Assembly: GCA_050230475.1 (NCBI GenBank) | Contig: JBFLGF010000076.1 | Span: 53,338 to 73,337, forward strand | Length of the DNA stretch: 20,000 bases | Source of the DNA: Ancylonema sp. | Taxonomy: Eukaryota | Reading direction: 5' to 3' | Shown here: positions 1 to 12,425 of the stretch, piece after piece | How the letters are laid out: each line of letters starts with the position of its first letter | How positions within the stretch are numbered: the stretch's first letter is position 1 | The notes under the pieces: model-generated | Databases searched by the model: none | Seen by the model: the letters and a program-made list of their open reading frames with translations, nothing else | What the model was told of the DNA's origin: nothing | Program-made: the position numbers and the translations under genes

Positions 1-3000
1 CGACCGCGTTTTCCTCGAGTGGATGGCGTGCTTCTTCGCCCTGCTAGAGCGCCCTGTGCCTATAGAGGGGCAGCCCCTGGACCCGGAAGTGAGGAAGAAC
101 TGGGCGTGGTGGAAACTGAGGAAGTGGCTGCTCACCATTATCAACAGACTGTTCACCAGGTTTGGGGGGGGGGGGGGGATACAAGGCCACCCTTTTTAGG
201 AGAAGTACTCTACAGGGTACCCGTGTATTGACACACCTTCTATAAAGATACCAAAACCTGAGAATGGAGTAAACCTTATGGGAATAAACCCTACAGTAAA
301 CCCTATGGAATCTACTTTTTGTAAAGAAATCCCCCCTTGGATGTGCACCGACATATCACCAACCAAGAGGGTGCCTATAAAGAGGGTTGGCTGGATGCGG
401 GAGGCGGTGTTCTGAAGGTAGGTCGTAGGCTTTTGGGTTCAGGTTTGGTGACCCCAAGCACGAGAAGGGGGAGAACAAGCCGGGGGCCCTCATGTTCCAG
501 ACGCACTGCTCCTGCAAGTTCCTGGAAACTTACATGCGCCAGCTGTCCTCGATACGGGGGGGGGGGTATGTGCCGGACCGGATCGTGAACCTCACCCTGC
601 AGTACATCACATCCAGGTAGGGGGGGGGGGGACGGCTGTAGCTGGAGTTGGGGCTGTAGCCATAGCGTAGCTGTAGCTGAGAGGGAGGTGGGGAGCTTGA
701 TTTTGCATGCGAGTGGGATAATGTACACTCGCTTGCTTACTTGTGTACGTACATGTATGCACATACACATAGCTGTATGTGTATATGTACACATGTACAC
801 ATACATGTATGTGTATAGTCATACATGTATGTGTTTATTCATACATGTATGTGTATAGTCATACATGTAACTTTGCATGCATGCATGCATGTATGTATGC
901 GTGTACGTATGTATGCGTGTACGTATGTATGCATGTATGGATATATGTAGGTCTGTATGCTTGTTTGTATGCATGTCTCATTGAATATATGCATGCTCGT
1001 ATCACTGTCTCCACGTTTACATGGAGTCAAGAATGGCAGATACATTCTCGAACACAATCCCGTAGGATTTATACACACCCCTTCCCTCAAAACACTACAA
1101 AAAACGTGGAAAGATTACAAATAAAGCCCCCTCCCACTCACCCCCCACCCCTCCCCACCCTCCCCACCCTCCCCCCCCTCCCCCCCCCCCCAGCATCGTC
1201 CTGAAAGACACCTACCAAGTCCTAAAACCCCACCTTGGTGTCCTCCTCTCCGAGATCATCTTCCCCCTCATGTGCTTCAACACCGAGGATGATGCGCTGT
1301 GGAAAGAGGACCCCCACGAGTATGTCCGTAAAGGGTACGACATCATGGAGGACATGTACAGCGGAAGGACGGCGGCCATTAATTTCGTGACGGAGCTTGT
1401 GTCCAAGAGGGCCAAAGACAACCTGGCGGCGTATTTGCAGAGCATTGTGACTGTGTTCAACAAGTGAGGAGAGGGGGGGGGGAAGGGGGAGCGGGAGGGG
1501 AGGGGGGTTTATTTTTTTTCTTGTTTTTGTACTGATTCTGGGATAGGCGGAGAGAGGTAGAGCATGCTGGCCTCTCCTTCCTTTCCCTTCTTTACGTACT
1601 TCTCTGGTGGGAACTTCAGGATTCTACCCTTCAACCCGTTCTATATTCCTTCCTTCGTTTGCACAAAAGTAAAACAAATCACGGGCTCGCCTCATCGCTC
1701 CGTCCCCAAAACATTATATATATATATATATATATATGTATACATATATACCCACATATATACATAAAACATATATATTTCTCAAACAAAGCTTGCCCTC
1801 CCCCCCCCTCCTCTCCCGCCCCCTCCCCCAGGCCGCCTGGGTGTCCGGTCAATACGCTGACATCGAGTTCAAGGACGACTCCGCCTTCACCCATGCCATG
1901 AGCGCTACCGTTGGCATCTCCCCCCCCCCCCCCCTCTCCCCCCCCCCCCCCCCCCCCCCCCCCAGTTTTGAAGCCGCCCCCCCCACCAACAAACCGTACC
2001 GTGAGAAGGACGGCGCCCTTTTGGCAGTGGGTTCCCTGAGCGAGAAGCTGAAGCGCACCCAGCCGTATGCTGGTCAGCTGGAACACATGTTGAAGCAGTA
2101 CGTTTATCCGGAGTTCAGCAGCCCGGCGGGGCACCTGAGGGCGAAGGTGGGAGGAATCGCCTGATATGCACGTCTCCCACTGCCCAACCCCGACCCTGAA
2201 GCCTGTACTGTAAATCAGCAGGGCACCAACTCCATACCCAGAGAAACATATTCCAAACCCTAAGACCCCAAATTCTATGTTCTGGAACTTTAAAACCGGA
2301 ACCAAACGCCAACCCCAAAACTCCCCCTCACAACAAACCCATAACCCTCCATAACCCTCCTCGACGCCCCCCCGCCCCCCCCCAACCCGCAACCCCCCCC
2401 CACCCCCAGGCCGCCAGGGTGTCCCGTCAATACGCTGACATCGAGTTCAAGGACGACTCCGCCTTCACCCATGCCATGAGCGCTACCGTTGGCATGCTTC
2501 GCGACCCTGACCTCCCCTGCAGAGTGGACGCGGTGGTGGCGCTAAGGACGTTTGTGGAGGCGGTGGAGGAGCTCACGGAGCTGAGGAGGATACTGCCGCA
2601 GCTGCTGGATGGTAAGGGGGGGGGTGGGGAGGGGGGGGGGGGGGGGGGGGGGAGTGTTTGAGGGGGGGTTTGGGGGGGGGGGGGGGTGGGGAGGGGAGTT
2701 GGTGGGGGAGTGTGGGGGGAGGGGGTTTGGGAAGGGGGGTTTGGGGGTTGAGGGGGAAGGAGAGGTGGTGGTGGGGGGGGGGACAGAAGGTTGGGGGGGG
2801 GAGGGGGGAGGGGAGGGGAGGACGAGGGTTTGGGTGGGGTTCTAGGGTCCAGGTGTTCAGGAGTTTTGGGGTTCTGGGTGTTGAGGTTGCTGAGTCTTGA
2901 CTTTTTTTTGTTGTTGTTTGTGCTAAATATTATTCCTTTCCCCCCCCCCAGAGCTTTTCAAGTTGATGTCCGAGGTGGAGAGCGAGGACATGGTGTTCAC

Positions 3001-6000
3001 TCTAGAGACCATTGTGGACAAGTTTGGGGAGGAGATGGCGCCCTACGCAATGGGGCTGGTCACCAATCTGGTAGGGGGTCTGGGGTATGAGAAGGATATG
3101 GGGGGAAGAGGGCCAGGTCTTGCACCCGCGGGTAGACAAGGGGATTTCAGTGATGCATTCAGTGCTGCATGCGAGGCATTTTGGGAGGTGGATTATGAAA
3201 AGGGAGATGGGAGCGGCAGGACAGGCAGGCAGATGGAGGATGAAATATTTGCAAATACCCCCCCTCCTCTCTCTCCCTCCTCCAAAATAAGCCATAAAAA
3301 AAGCATTCCCCTCCGGAATAATAATAAAAGTAAAAAATAACTATAATAATATATATAAAAATTACCAAAAAAATACAACAACAAAACAAAACAAAACAAA
3401 AAAACAAAAAAAAACAAAAAAACAAAAAAAAAACTCCAAAAAAAACATCCAAAATTATCTCCCCTCCCAGACCCAAACCTTTTGGAAGTGCATCGAGTTA
3501 GCGGAAGCAGAAGACGACGAGGACGACACAGGAGCGTTGGCCGCTGTGGGATGCCTCCGCGCAATTGCCACCATCCTCGAATCCATCTCCTCCCTCCCCC
3601 ACCTCTACCCCCAACTTGAGCCCACGCTGCTCCCCCTCATGACCAAAATGCTGACCAGCGACGGTCAGGACGTGTACGAAGAAATATTGGAGATCTGCAG
3701 CTACTACACCTACTTCTCCCCCACCATCACTCCCCAGATGTGGGCTGTGTGGCCGCTCATTATGGCGGCTATGGACGACTGGGCGCTGGATTACTTCAAC
3801 GGTAGGGGGGGGGGGGGGGGGAACCCTGTTTTGAGTAAAATGCAGGAGGGAACGGACCCGAAAAATCAGTGTGTACTCACTGCTCTTCTTTTAGATCGTT
3901 CTATAAACATCTGTAAAATGTGGAAGGAACAAAACATCCAGAAGATGTGTAATCACGGTACATATTTTAGGTCCTGAGTAACACACACACGCACAGAAAA
4001 CAGATAGGAGAGAAGGAGGAGGAGAGGGAGGGGGGTTGGTTGGTTGGCGGGGTGGTTGGGTGACTTTGGTTGGGGGATTGGGGGCATGCTCTCCTTTCCA
4101 GATATCATCAGCCCCCTGGACAACTTCATCGCCAGGGGAACAGAAACCTTTTTAGGCAGCGAGAACCCGAACTACCCCGAATCCCTCTACAGACTCATTG
4201 CAAAGGTAGGGCGGAGGGGAGAAGGGTGGAGGGGGCGGGTGGGGGGGGGAAACAAAAGTGGAAGAAAACTGCCAGATCTGACTCCATTTTTTTATTTTAT
4301 TTTTTTTGTTCCCAGGTATTGAGTGACGAGGAGTCCCAGGACGAGGACGTGGAAGCTGCCCCGAAGCTTCTGGAGTCCGTGCTCCAGAACTGCCGTGGGC
4401 GGGTGGACCAGTGGGTGGCCCCCTACCTCCAGCTGGCGGTGGCAAGACTGAGGGTGGCGAAAACGAGCTATGCCAAGGACCTGCTCAGGGGGGTGGTGAG
4501 GAGGGAGGGAGGGAATGGGCGGGGAAAAGGGTGGCAGAAAGGGTGGCAAAAAGGGCGGCAATAAGGGTGGCAATGAGAGTGGCAATGAGAGTGGCAAAAT
4601 GAGTGGCAAAATGAGTGGCAAGTAGAGTGGCAGAATTGGTGGCAATAAGAGTGGCAATAATGGTGGCAAGAAGGGCAGTCAGAAGGGTGGCAAAAAGTCC
4701 AGAAGAGGAAGTGGGAGTATGGGGTGGAAAGGGGCCTGGAGGGGGTTGCTTCCGTGTTTTGATATTGGGATTTTTGGGGTGTTGGGTTTGTTTTCCCCCC
4801 CTTGCCACGTGTCAGGTGGGTAACGCTCTCTACTACAACGCCCGTCTGACGCTGGATTCGCTTCAGAAGCTGGGGTGTCTTGGGGAGGTGTTTCGTCTGT
4901 GGCTCACCATGCTGTACGCGGAAAAGAAGGGGAAGGGGAAGCACTTCAAGAGGTGGGGGGGGGGGGGGGGGGGTTGGGGGTAGGTGGGTTGGGGGGGGGG
5001 AAAGGACGGGGAAACTTCTGGAACGCTGGAAAGCCTGGGAACACCGAACCGATTCCGGTCCCGGTTTTTAGATTCCCGAAAATGGAAACATGTATTCTTG
5101 GAAATCCATGATTTTTGGAAAACCTAGGAACCTGGAACCCGGGAAATCCGGAAAACCCTTGAAATCCTAAAAACCTGAAAACCTGGAAACCTGAAAACCT
5201 GAAAACCTGAAAACCTGAAATCCTGAACACTAAGGTGGCAGGTGGGGCGCCAGGACATGATTAAATTCTGGATCCGTTTTCTTTTTTTCTTTTCTTTTCA
5301 GGGAGCACTTGAAGAAGGTTTGCATCCTTGCCCTCCTCTCCCTCCTCTCTGTTCCCGCCAAGGACCTCCCAGGGGAGGTGCAGGCCATGCTGGGGGAGGT
5401 GCTCAAGGCAGCACTCAGGCTGTTAGCAGGGTATAAGGAACAGGTGGCATGTGAGTGCGGGGGGAGGGGGAGGGGGGTTGGGTGGCGGGGGGGGGAGGGG
5501 ATCGGGAAACCTGTTCTCTTTAAAGGAAGGTTGTGCTGTTTTTTTTGTTGTTGCTTTTCTTTTGGGTGAAATGATGGAGTGGAGGTCTGTCGGACTGTTT
5601 TATTTTATATGTTGTTTTTTGTGGCCTTTCTTGTGAAACTGAGCTGGCTTTCCCGCCCCCCCCCCCCTTGTCAGTGCGTGAGAAGATGGAAGAGGAGGAG
5701 GAGGCGAATGAGGACGTGGAGGACAGCGATGGGGATGATGACGATGGGGAGGAGATAGAGGAGGTGGAGGAGGAGGAGGAGGGGATCGAGAAGGGCACGG
5801 AAATAAAAACGACGAAAAAGGTGCTTACTCCGGGCAGCCTCCTCTTTTTTTTCCCCTTTTTTTTTTTTTTTTTTGGTTGTTTTGCCGTATCCTAACAGTG
5901 CCACGTTCTTTCAGCACCCCCGCTGGCTGGAGGCGGAGGAGGATGGTCACCTGGAGAGCGACAGCGAAGATGAGGATGATTTGTGGGACGAGGAGGAGTA

Positions 6001-6449
6001 CCAGTGCCCCATGGACGAAGTGGACCCCTACATATTCTTCCAAGACGTCATGAAGGGTAGGGAGGGAGGGAGGAGGGAGTCGGGGTTGGGGTTGGGCTCG
6101 GGTCCGGGTTGGGGTCGGAGGTGAGGTTGGGGTAGGCGTTGGGATTGGGAAAACAATATTTGGTGTGTAGTCTGCACATTTCGGCGAATGGAGAAGGTAC
6201 ACGTGGCATCCGTATGTGTGATCCCATTTTTCGGCATTCCGTTATTGACGACCCCCTTGACTTCGACGGTTTTTTGTTTTTTTTCTCTCGGCAGGATTGT
6301 CGACTTCCGACCCGCAAACGTTTGATTTCCTGACGAAGAGTCTCGACTTCCATCACCAAGCGTTGGCCCACGGGCTCGCCACCCATGCGGATGCGGTTCG
6401 GAAACAGCATTCGGAGCTGACAGAGGCCGCGAAATTACTGTCGGCTTGA
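1..6449 (+). CDS. SAD2: Importin-beta-like nuclear import receptor, importin-7/8 (SAD2) family; 5'-partial, 14 exons in window
   Basis: Phase-consistent GT-AG exons: <1-159, 443-616, 1194-1463, 1966-2146, 2410-2611, 2952-3070, 3471-3801, 4102-4205, 4316-4495, 4816-4952, 5302-5450, 5675-5820, 5915-6056, 6295-6449 (TGA). The spliced product reads [157 protein letters not shown]..acidic tract..[11 protein letters not shown]. This is colinear with Arabidopsis SAD2 as I remember it. Confidence 0.96.
720..1000. repeat. Alternating purine-pyrimidine low-complexity tract (TACA/TGTA/CATG) in SAD2 intron 2
   Basis: Runs of tgtatg/catgca/tacaca, including a 30-bp direct duplication (catacatgtatgtgtatagtcatacatgta at 800-829 and 840-869). 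Confidence 0.85.
1832..1917 (+). other. Displaced duplicate of the first 86 nt of SAD2 exon 5, inside intron 3, with its own C-rich CAG acceptor
   Basis: 1832-1917 matches 2410-2495 except at 2 positions; it encodes [28 protein letters not shown]. Confidence 0.9.
3365..3445. repeat. (CAAAA)n/poly-A microsatellite in SAD2 intron 6
   Basis: Directly visible acaaaacaaaacaaaac... run. Confidence 0.85.
4529..4696. repeat. 12-bp minisatellite, 14 units, consensus G(A/G)GTGGCAAwrA, in SAD2 intron 9
   Basis: Exact 12-bp period from gggtggcagaaa (4529) to gggtggcaaaaa (4685-4696). Confidence 0.9.
5118..5228. repeat. 8-bp tandem repeat (AAAACCTG)n, telomere-like, in SAD2 intron 10
   Basis: aaaacctgaaaacctggaaacctgaaaacctgaaaacctg..., with degenerate flanking units. 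Confidence 0.85.
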
Positions 6450-9400
6450 GGGGGGGACAGAAAGGGTCTCGGACGCAGTCTTGGGTTTGTATGGTGTAAG
6501 GTTTAAGGTTTATGGTTCAAGTTTCGAGGTTTTTTTTGGGATTGGGGTTCTAAGTGTGGATCGTCATGTTGCATTGAGGAAGGAGGGGATGGGTAGGGGT
6601 GGGTTGGAGGTATAAAGAGGCTTGGGAAGTGATTGAAAGAGCGAGATGCATGCGAGTATGGGCTCTTCGTACGATTTCATGACTTGTTTGTCTGAATGAG
6701 GGCTCGAAAGAAGCCAACTCGCATGCACACAACAACATTTTTGAGATGGAAATTGAACTAGAAGATTGAGTTTGGACTCTTTGAACGTTCCGCACTAGTA
6801 ATTGGACATCAACTGTGTCACAATAGGTATCATGCACATAGGAAAATAGAGCGTTGTAAAATTCTATTGTATGCCAACCGTGGTTGGAATTATTGCACAA
6901 TTTTTTTCTGACAATTTGATTCTTGGCACAAGCAATTGTCTTGCAATAGTGCGTGGCATGCGTGAATGTTTGGTGAGACGCCTTATCGCCACAAAATGGT
7001 GTGTGAATTGCACTGCCCAAGTAGCACGCGGACGCCCAAACCTTTTACCGAGGTCTGGGGAGGCTTGACTGTGGTCCTCTCGTAGTTTGAATGTTTTTTG
7101 AAAGCTTGCAAGAGTTGTCGCGGCGAATCAATTTGAATAGTTTGGGGAACTTCTTCTCTTGGCCTTCATTTTATGAATGAGCCGTTGCACCACACGGTCC
7201 ACATTGCATGACTCAACATCGATAACTAAGCGTGCAACTTATCCGGTGTGTTGGTTTGTGTGTGGATCGAATGCCTATGACGAAGTTGATCAACCTCATC
7301 CGCCTCAAGTTTAATCGGTTGTTGTCTCACTCGTTATAACGGGTAACGTTGACTTGATGTACGGGAGGTGAATAATTTGATCGTATCCAATGACTTGTAA
7401 GTTGAACGATTGGCTCAAACTACTAATTAACACAAAATTACGATTCTTGATCTGAGATGTTTAGTGTGGCACCATTGGTTAACAACAGTGAACGTCTAGT
7501 TATATGCATTGTACATATCACTAGAAAACGGGATCGGTACCTCTGTCTATCATGGTTGATGGTCAACTAGTGTGTAACGAGCAGATTCTATCGGTGAGCT
7601 TATGACAGTCAACACTTCTACAAGTTTAAAAAAAACACTTGACGAATGATAACCATATTTGTTATGTTGTTTTCACAATGATATTTACAACATTCTAATT
7701 ACACTCGATTGCGAGATTTTTTGGCTTTCCAAAAGCACGTGAATTTTATATTTGCTAGTCTTTCTAGAAAAAGAAAAAATACTCACCATCCGGGTCTAAA
7801 GATTTTTTTCACGTGTCCGGCGGGCCTTGAAACCACTCGTCCTACATTATGTCGACACTCTTCCGATCGAGAACATTGATAAACGGCAAAAAAGTCCGGA
7901 TACATCAAATCTCCCATCCAAACGGCCCTCAAATTAAGTAACCCATCTCTCAGTACAACGAACAACACAAAATGTACGACATGGCTCTTGGATGTTGTAA
8001 TATTGGAGTTGTAGCATGTTAGCATACAAAGATCATTGCAACCACAAGGTTGGATGTTTGGAAACCATAATAAAAGTATCCTCTTGTCATAGATTTTGCC
8101 TTCGCAGCCAAGATAGCTTGTACGCACAATACGCTCCACGACCATACGCAATTTACGCACGCGTACATTTACAAAAAACGGAAAACATGCAAATGTACGT
8201 GACGTCATCAAATAAGTGAGAATTCTAGTTTTGCGGTCTTAAACGTTCGAGTCTATTCTTCCGAATATATTGAGCATCATTTATTCAAGTGTTCGGTTTC
8301 ACGTCACTCCGACTTCACAATGTCGTCGCGGACGTGGTGTTCTTGGATCGAAACTTCTACCGACTTGAATGCAACGCTAACCCACATTTTGCATTCAAAA
8401 ATTATTTGACTAGAGTTCATAATCTAATTTGCCAGCATATTGAGAGTGTGCTTTTGTGACACATGACGGCGTCGGGTTGCCATGAGAAACTTGCACAATG
8501 TTTTAAGGTTGTTCTAAAGCACGTCAAAACAACCTTTTTAACGAAAAGTTCAAGCGTTTGGGAAAATATTTGATCTTGTTTTAGGATTTTTGATAAATGA
8601 GAATGAGGTTTCGCTACTTTATATAATTCGAAGTTACAAACTGCCAACATGCTCAATATTTACTTTTTTTGGTATGAGTCGATGTCATCGATGGGTTTTC
8701 GAGTGCAAGATGACAAGTTGCTCGCGTATACTGGATTTCGTGGCAATAATGTTTATCGATTCGATGGCCAATTTAATAAGATACATGTGTGTGGTCGCGT
8801 GGTTGAATATATTCGATGGACGTGAGGCGACCTTGTTTGGAGTCACATGCTTCGAAAATGCCTTCAACGTTGCCGAGCGCATTGATGTGTAGGTTTGACA
8901 TTAAACACCAAATCAGCTTCATTTGTGACATGGCGGAATAATGCACAAGGAACAATTTCGGATAACGGCGAACATTCCGGAAAATATCCAGGATAACAAG
9001 TCGACAGGTGGGATGTTTTTAACATAAAACGTGTTTAATTTCGGTTCGCGTGTTTTCGTTCGTTTACAACATTTGGGTTCAATTTTGCAACGGATCGACA
9101 ATTTGACAGAAAAAAATGTGTGTTTTGCGCAGTCGTTTCGCACAATCGGCATTTCTGAAGTACGTGAATTTGGCCCGGCATCTATTCGGGTTATACATAT
9201 TGTTTGGGTATCGTATTGTGACATTACAATGATTGGGTCGACACGTATTTGGCCATGAAAATGATAAAAAATACTACATGCTTTCTGGAGATGATTGTTC
9301 TTGCTCGGTCATTACGGTTGCGAGTGAGAAGGGGCCAAATACTTGACGGTGACTCATTAGAAGCCTACATATATGTCATCCGTGGCATCTTGAATAGTCT

Positions 9401-10435
9401 GCGGTTTATTTATCATATCCTTATGACTAAGTCAATCATGATTTCGATTTGTTTGAGCGCTGAATCATGTTCGATTCTTAAGACGTGTGAGGGGAGGGTC
9501 AAAAAAATGCTACATGCGATTATGGCTAAATCTTTGCTACGTCAGATTCGCTGAATATAAGGACGGACGTTCGCCACCGATATGCAAGTGACGGTATTGT
9601 ATTCGGAGCCAAAATGGTTCATGGCTATACATCGTTCAGATAAGCCGTCTATTTCATGCTAGATAAGTCAATTTTCTTAATGCACGTCGTAGGCTTTGTA
9701 AATAAGCTAAAAACGAACAAAAAATGCTATAAATATATGGCACGGGGGGTCATTTCATTCAATCGTTACATGTTTTGGAGACCATGGTGCTAATTTTCGT
9801 GATAACAAACTGAGTGACGCAAACGATATAATAGGCCACATGGCTGTCACTGGATGCGTTTGACTGGCTGCTGAAGCTGAGCTCGTACTAATACCACGTG
9901 GAGAGTGTATCGCTATTTATTTGCCGCGGCTCGTTTCAGATGTCGTGCTTCTCGTAAAAATATATCAACTCGTAAAGTGCGAGCCGTCAATGTGTATCTC
10001 TGGTGTCGGGAAGCTGTCAATCCCATCCATTGGTATCAAGATACCGTCGTCGACGACGAACTATGAACCACTTACGGCTTTGTGAAAGTCGACCATCCCC
10101 ATCGGACACATGGCTCGAAGGAATCACTGTCCACGTCAGCATCTTGTACTTAAATATCTGTGCAGGAACAGGTGTTGGCCGTCGAGAAGGTTGATTGCGC
10201 ATACCAGCTCGTTGACCGTCCCCAGGCGTGCCGCCATGCCAGATGGCGACGTGGCGAAGTGGAGACACAGTCTGGTCATCTGCCAGCGAAGAGGAAGGGA
10301 AGATCGATTATCGGAAGCCCACTTCTGCAGACATAAGAATTCTGGACGCCACCATATCATTCATTTCTGCCCAGAGCTCTTTGACCTACGCCTGATTCCA
10401 TCTATATCTTTTCAACCCTCGGAACTTTCTTAGCC

Positions 10436-11014
10436 ATGGATTGGTGGACTGTTGGTCTCTCTGTTCTGCTCTTCATCCTTCTCTCGCCGGGTCTGCTGCT
10501 GCAGGTGAGAATTTGTTTCCGTACAGTATTCTGAACTTCTGTACTGGTCGACCTCAGTATTGTCAACGGGTTTAGGTGTTGTTTGTACGTCGCGCTTCAG
10601 CATTTCAGTAAATCTGTCTGGTCCTTCGAACATTTGTGCAGCTCGTCTATGATCGACGGAGAGGTGACATGTTCTTGGTAATAAAAACGAACACGTCATT
10701 GTGATGTTTGTGGCTGTATAAAACACTCGTGCATCGGTAAGCGCCAATCGCGTCACAAAACCAGTGGAGATGATTCGTCATTCGATATATATGTGACGAA
10801 GGTGGCTGAGATTCTAATTGTACGGCCTCCTTGTACGGTCTCCCAGATTCCCGGAGAGAGCAGTGGTCTGGAAGTCCGCAACTCGAAGACTTCGTGGCAG
10901 TCGGTGCTGGTTCACGCCGTCGTCTTCTTCTTGCTCCTTCTCCTAGTGGACGCCCTCCTCTCGTGGGGACACGTGCCGGGGAACAAACTCGGAGGATATT
11001 ACCACACGGCATAG
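10436..11014 (+). CDS. DUF3339-family small membrane protein, 78 aa, 2 exons
   Basis: Exon 1 10436-10504 (MDWWTVGLSVLLFILLSPGLLLQ, donor GTGAGA). Intron 10505-10846 has a CTAAT branch motif and TCCCAG acceptor. Exon 2 10847-11014 (IPGESSGLEVRNSKTSWQSVLVHAVVFFLLLLLVDALLSWGHVPGNKLGGYYHTA*). It matches the plant DUF3339 signature DW..V...LF.LLSPGLL.Q.PG...E..N..TS..S.LVHA..FF. Confidence 0.9.
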
Positions 11015-11739
11015 GGACGTGATTGCGATGGCGGTCCTGATTGCGGGTCCTGATTGTTGGTCCTGGTTGCTGGTGGGTGGGAGGACGTGTACTTGGTCAT
11101 AAAATTGTGATCGCGATGTGGAATTGCGGTGTAGAGAGGAAGATTTTTTTTTTTGGTATATACCCTCAAAATTTAGGTGCATAATTGTAGTGATACCCAT
11201 CATAATTACTCTTTGAGACGTTTAAATGTGTTTCGATAGGGGTTTGAAAACGCGACGCACGCACCATTGCATATGGATTGAATGGAGGATTCTTGGACTC
11301 TTTTCTACAAGACGTACCGATCCCGAATTGTCTCCTTCGAATTTTTTGAATCAAATATTTCAATGGCATGTGAATGGCGATGTAGACGGAAGAAAAAAAA
11401 ACGGACACATGTGTGTATTCCTGAACATGATTTTGTATTGCAAAAATAATCATGCCACACCACGCCAGGTTGTATGAGTTGTTTTATGTTCTCTTTGTTT
11501 TATGTATTGTTTCTGATTTGTGCGCAAACGTACGAAGAAGGTGTGGAAAGTACACTTACAATCGCAAATATATGATTTTGCGATTCTGAAGGAAAATTAA
11601 AGATTTTAACAGTAAAATAAATAGAAATAACCGTGTGTACGAGTTGTGTTTTTTTTTTATAAATTTATTGATGTGGTAAGAAAAATAGCCATTTGCTAAT
11701 ATCATCATAAAAAAATATAAATTAAAAATCAATTGTAAC

Positions 11740-12425
11740 ACACTTTCTATAGAAACTTCTCCTCGCCATGAATAAATTTGCCGTGCGGAAATGTCTTTGC
11801 TTAGTTTCTTTGGTATAAATATCAAAATGTTTTGCCGAATGTAATGGAAGATTAATGAATTTACAACTTCATTGTCCTTTCTTTGTAGTTTTGATGTACA
11901 ATGAAACAATGAAAATTAATGTAAAAAAATCTTTGTTGATTTTATTTTTTTATTTTTTATGGTAGTCAAATCCTGACAATCTCGTGAGCCGAAGAAAGTG
12001 CAAAACAAATCTGCACAAAAAAATAGTTTTGTAAAAGTGGGAAATGAGACATTATGTATCAAATATAATGTATTTACATAGCTGTATAATTTTAATACGC
12101 TCTTTATAAAAATACGGCTGGAAACTTTGCTCTTGCTATGAACAAATTGGTCTTGCGAATATGCATTTCTTTCATTTATGTATCAAAATATTTTGCCGTA
12201 AGTAATGGAAGATAGATGCATGTATTTCTACATTATCTTTCTTTGTGGTTCTAATGTAAGATGAAAAAAGAAAATTGTGTCCATGTCTTTCGTTATGGAT
12301 ATGTATCAAGGTAATAAGTGTTATCAAATCCAAAAAATGTCGTTTGCCGAAGAAAGTGCAAAAAAATATGCAATTACTTCATAAATAGTGGGAAATGAGA
12401 AGTTATGTATCAAATACAACGAGTA
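11740..12425. repeat. Diverged AT-rich tandem duplication, period about 360 bp (2 copies)
   Basis: The blocks tatcaaaat.ttttgccg...gtaatggaagat (11820 vs 12181), gccgaagaaagtgcaaaa and agtgggaaatgaga..ttatgtatcaaata recur in the same order. Confidence 0.85.

Noticed and set aside
157..448. CAGGTTTGG repeated at both ends of intron 1, resembling an introner TSD
   Set aside because: Part of it is just splice consensus plus the G-tract. The other introns share no sequence or comparable duplication.
375..6410. Many long ORF-track entries over the SAD2 locus (e.g. 779-1204, 1679-2392, 4292-4669, 4468-4944)
   Set aside because: They are translations of intronic low-complexity repeats or antisense shadows of real exons.
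7519..7528. CACTAGAAAA, resembling a CACTA transposon terminus
   Set aside because: I found no matching inverted terminus or subterminal repeats.
7783..8211. 142-aa minus-strand ORF ending at a strong GTGAGT donor, with a Tourist-like CCAAACGGCCC end near 7918-7928
   Set aside because: No recognisable protein motif, no downstream exon identified, and no partner TIR.
10003..11022. Overlapping ORFs such as 10110-10433(+), 10430-10756(-) and 10647-11012(-)
   Set aside because: They have no recognisable homology, and the region is explained by the DUF3339 gene and its upstream sequence.
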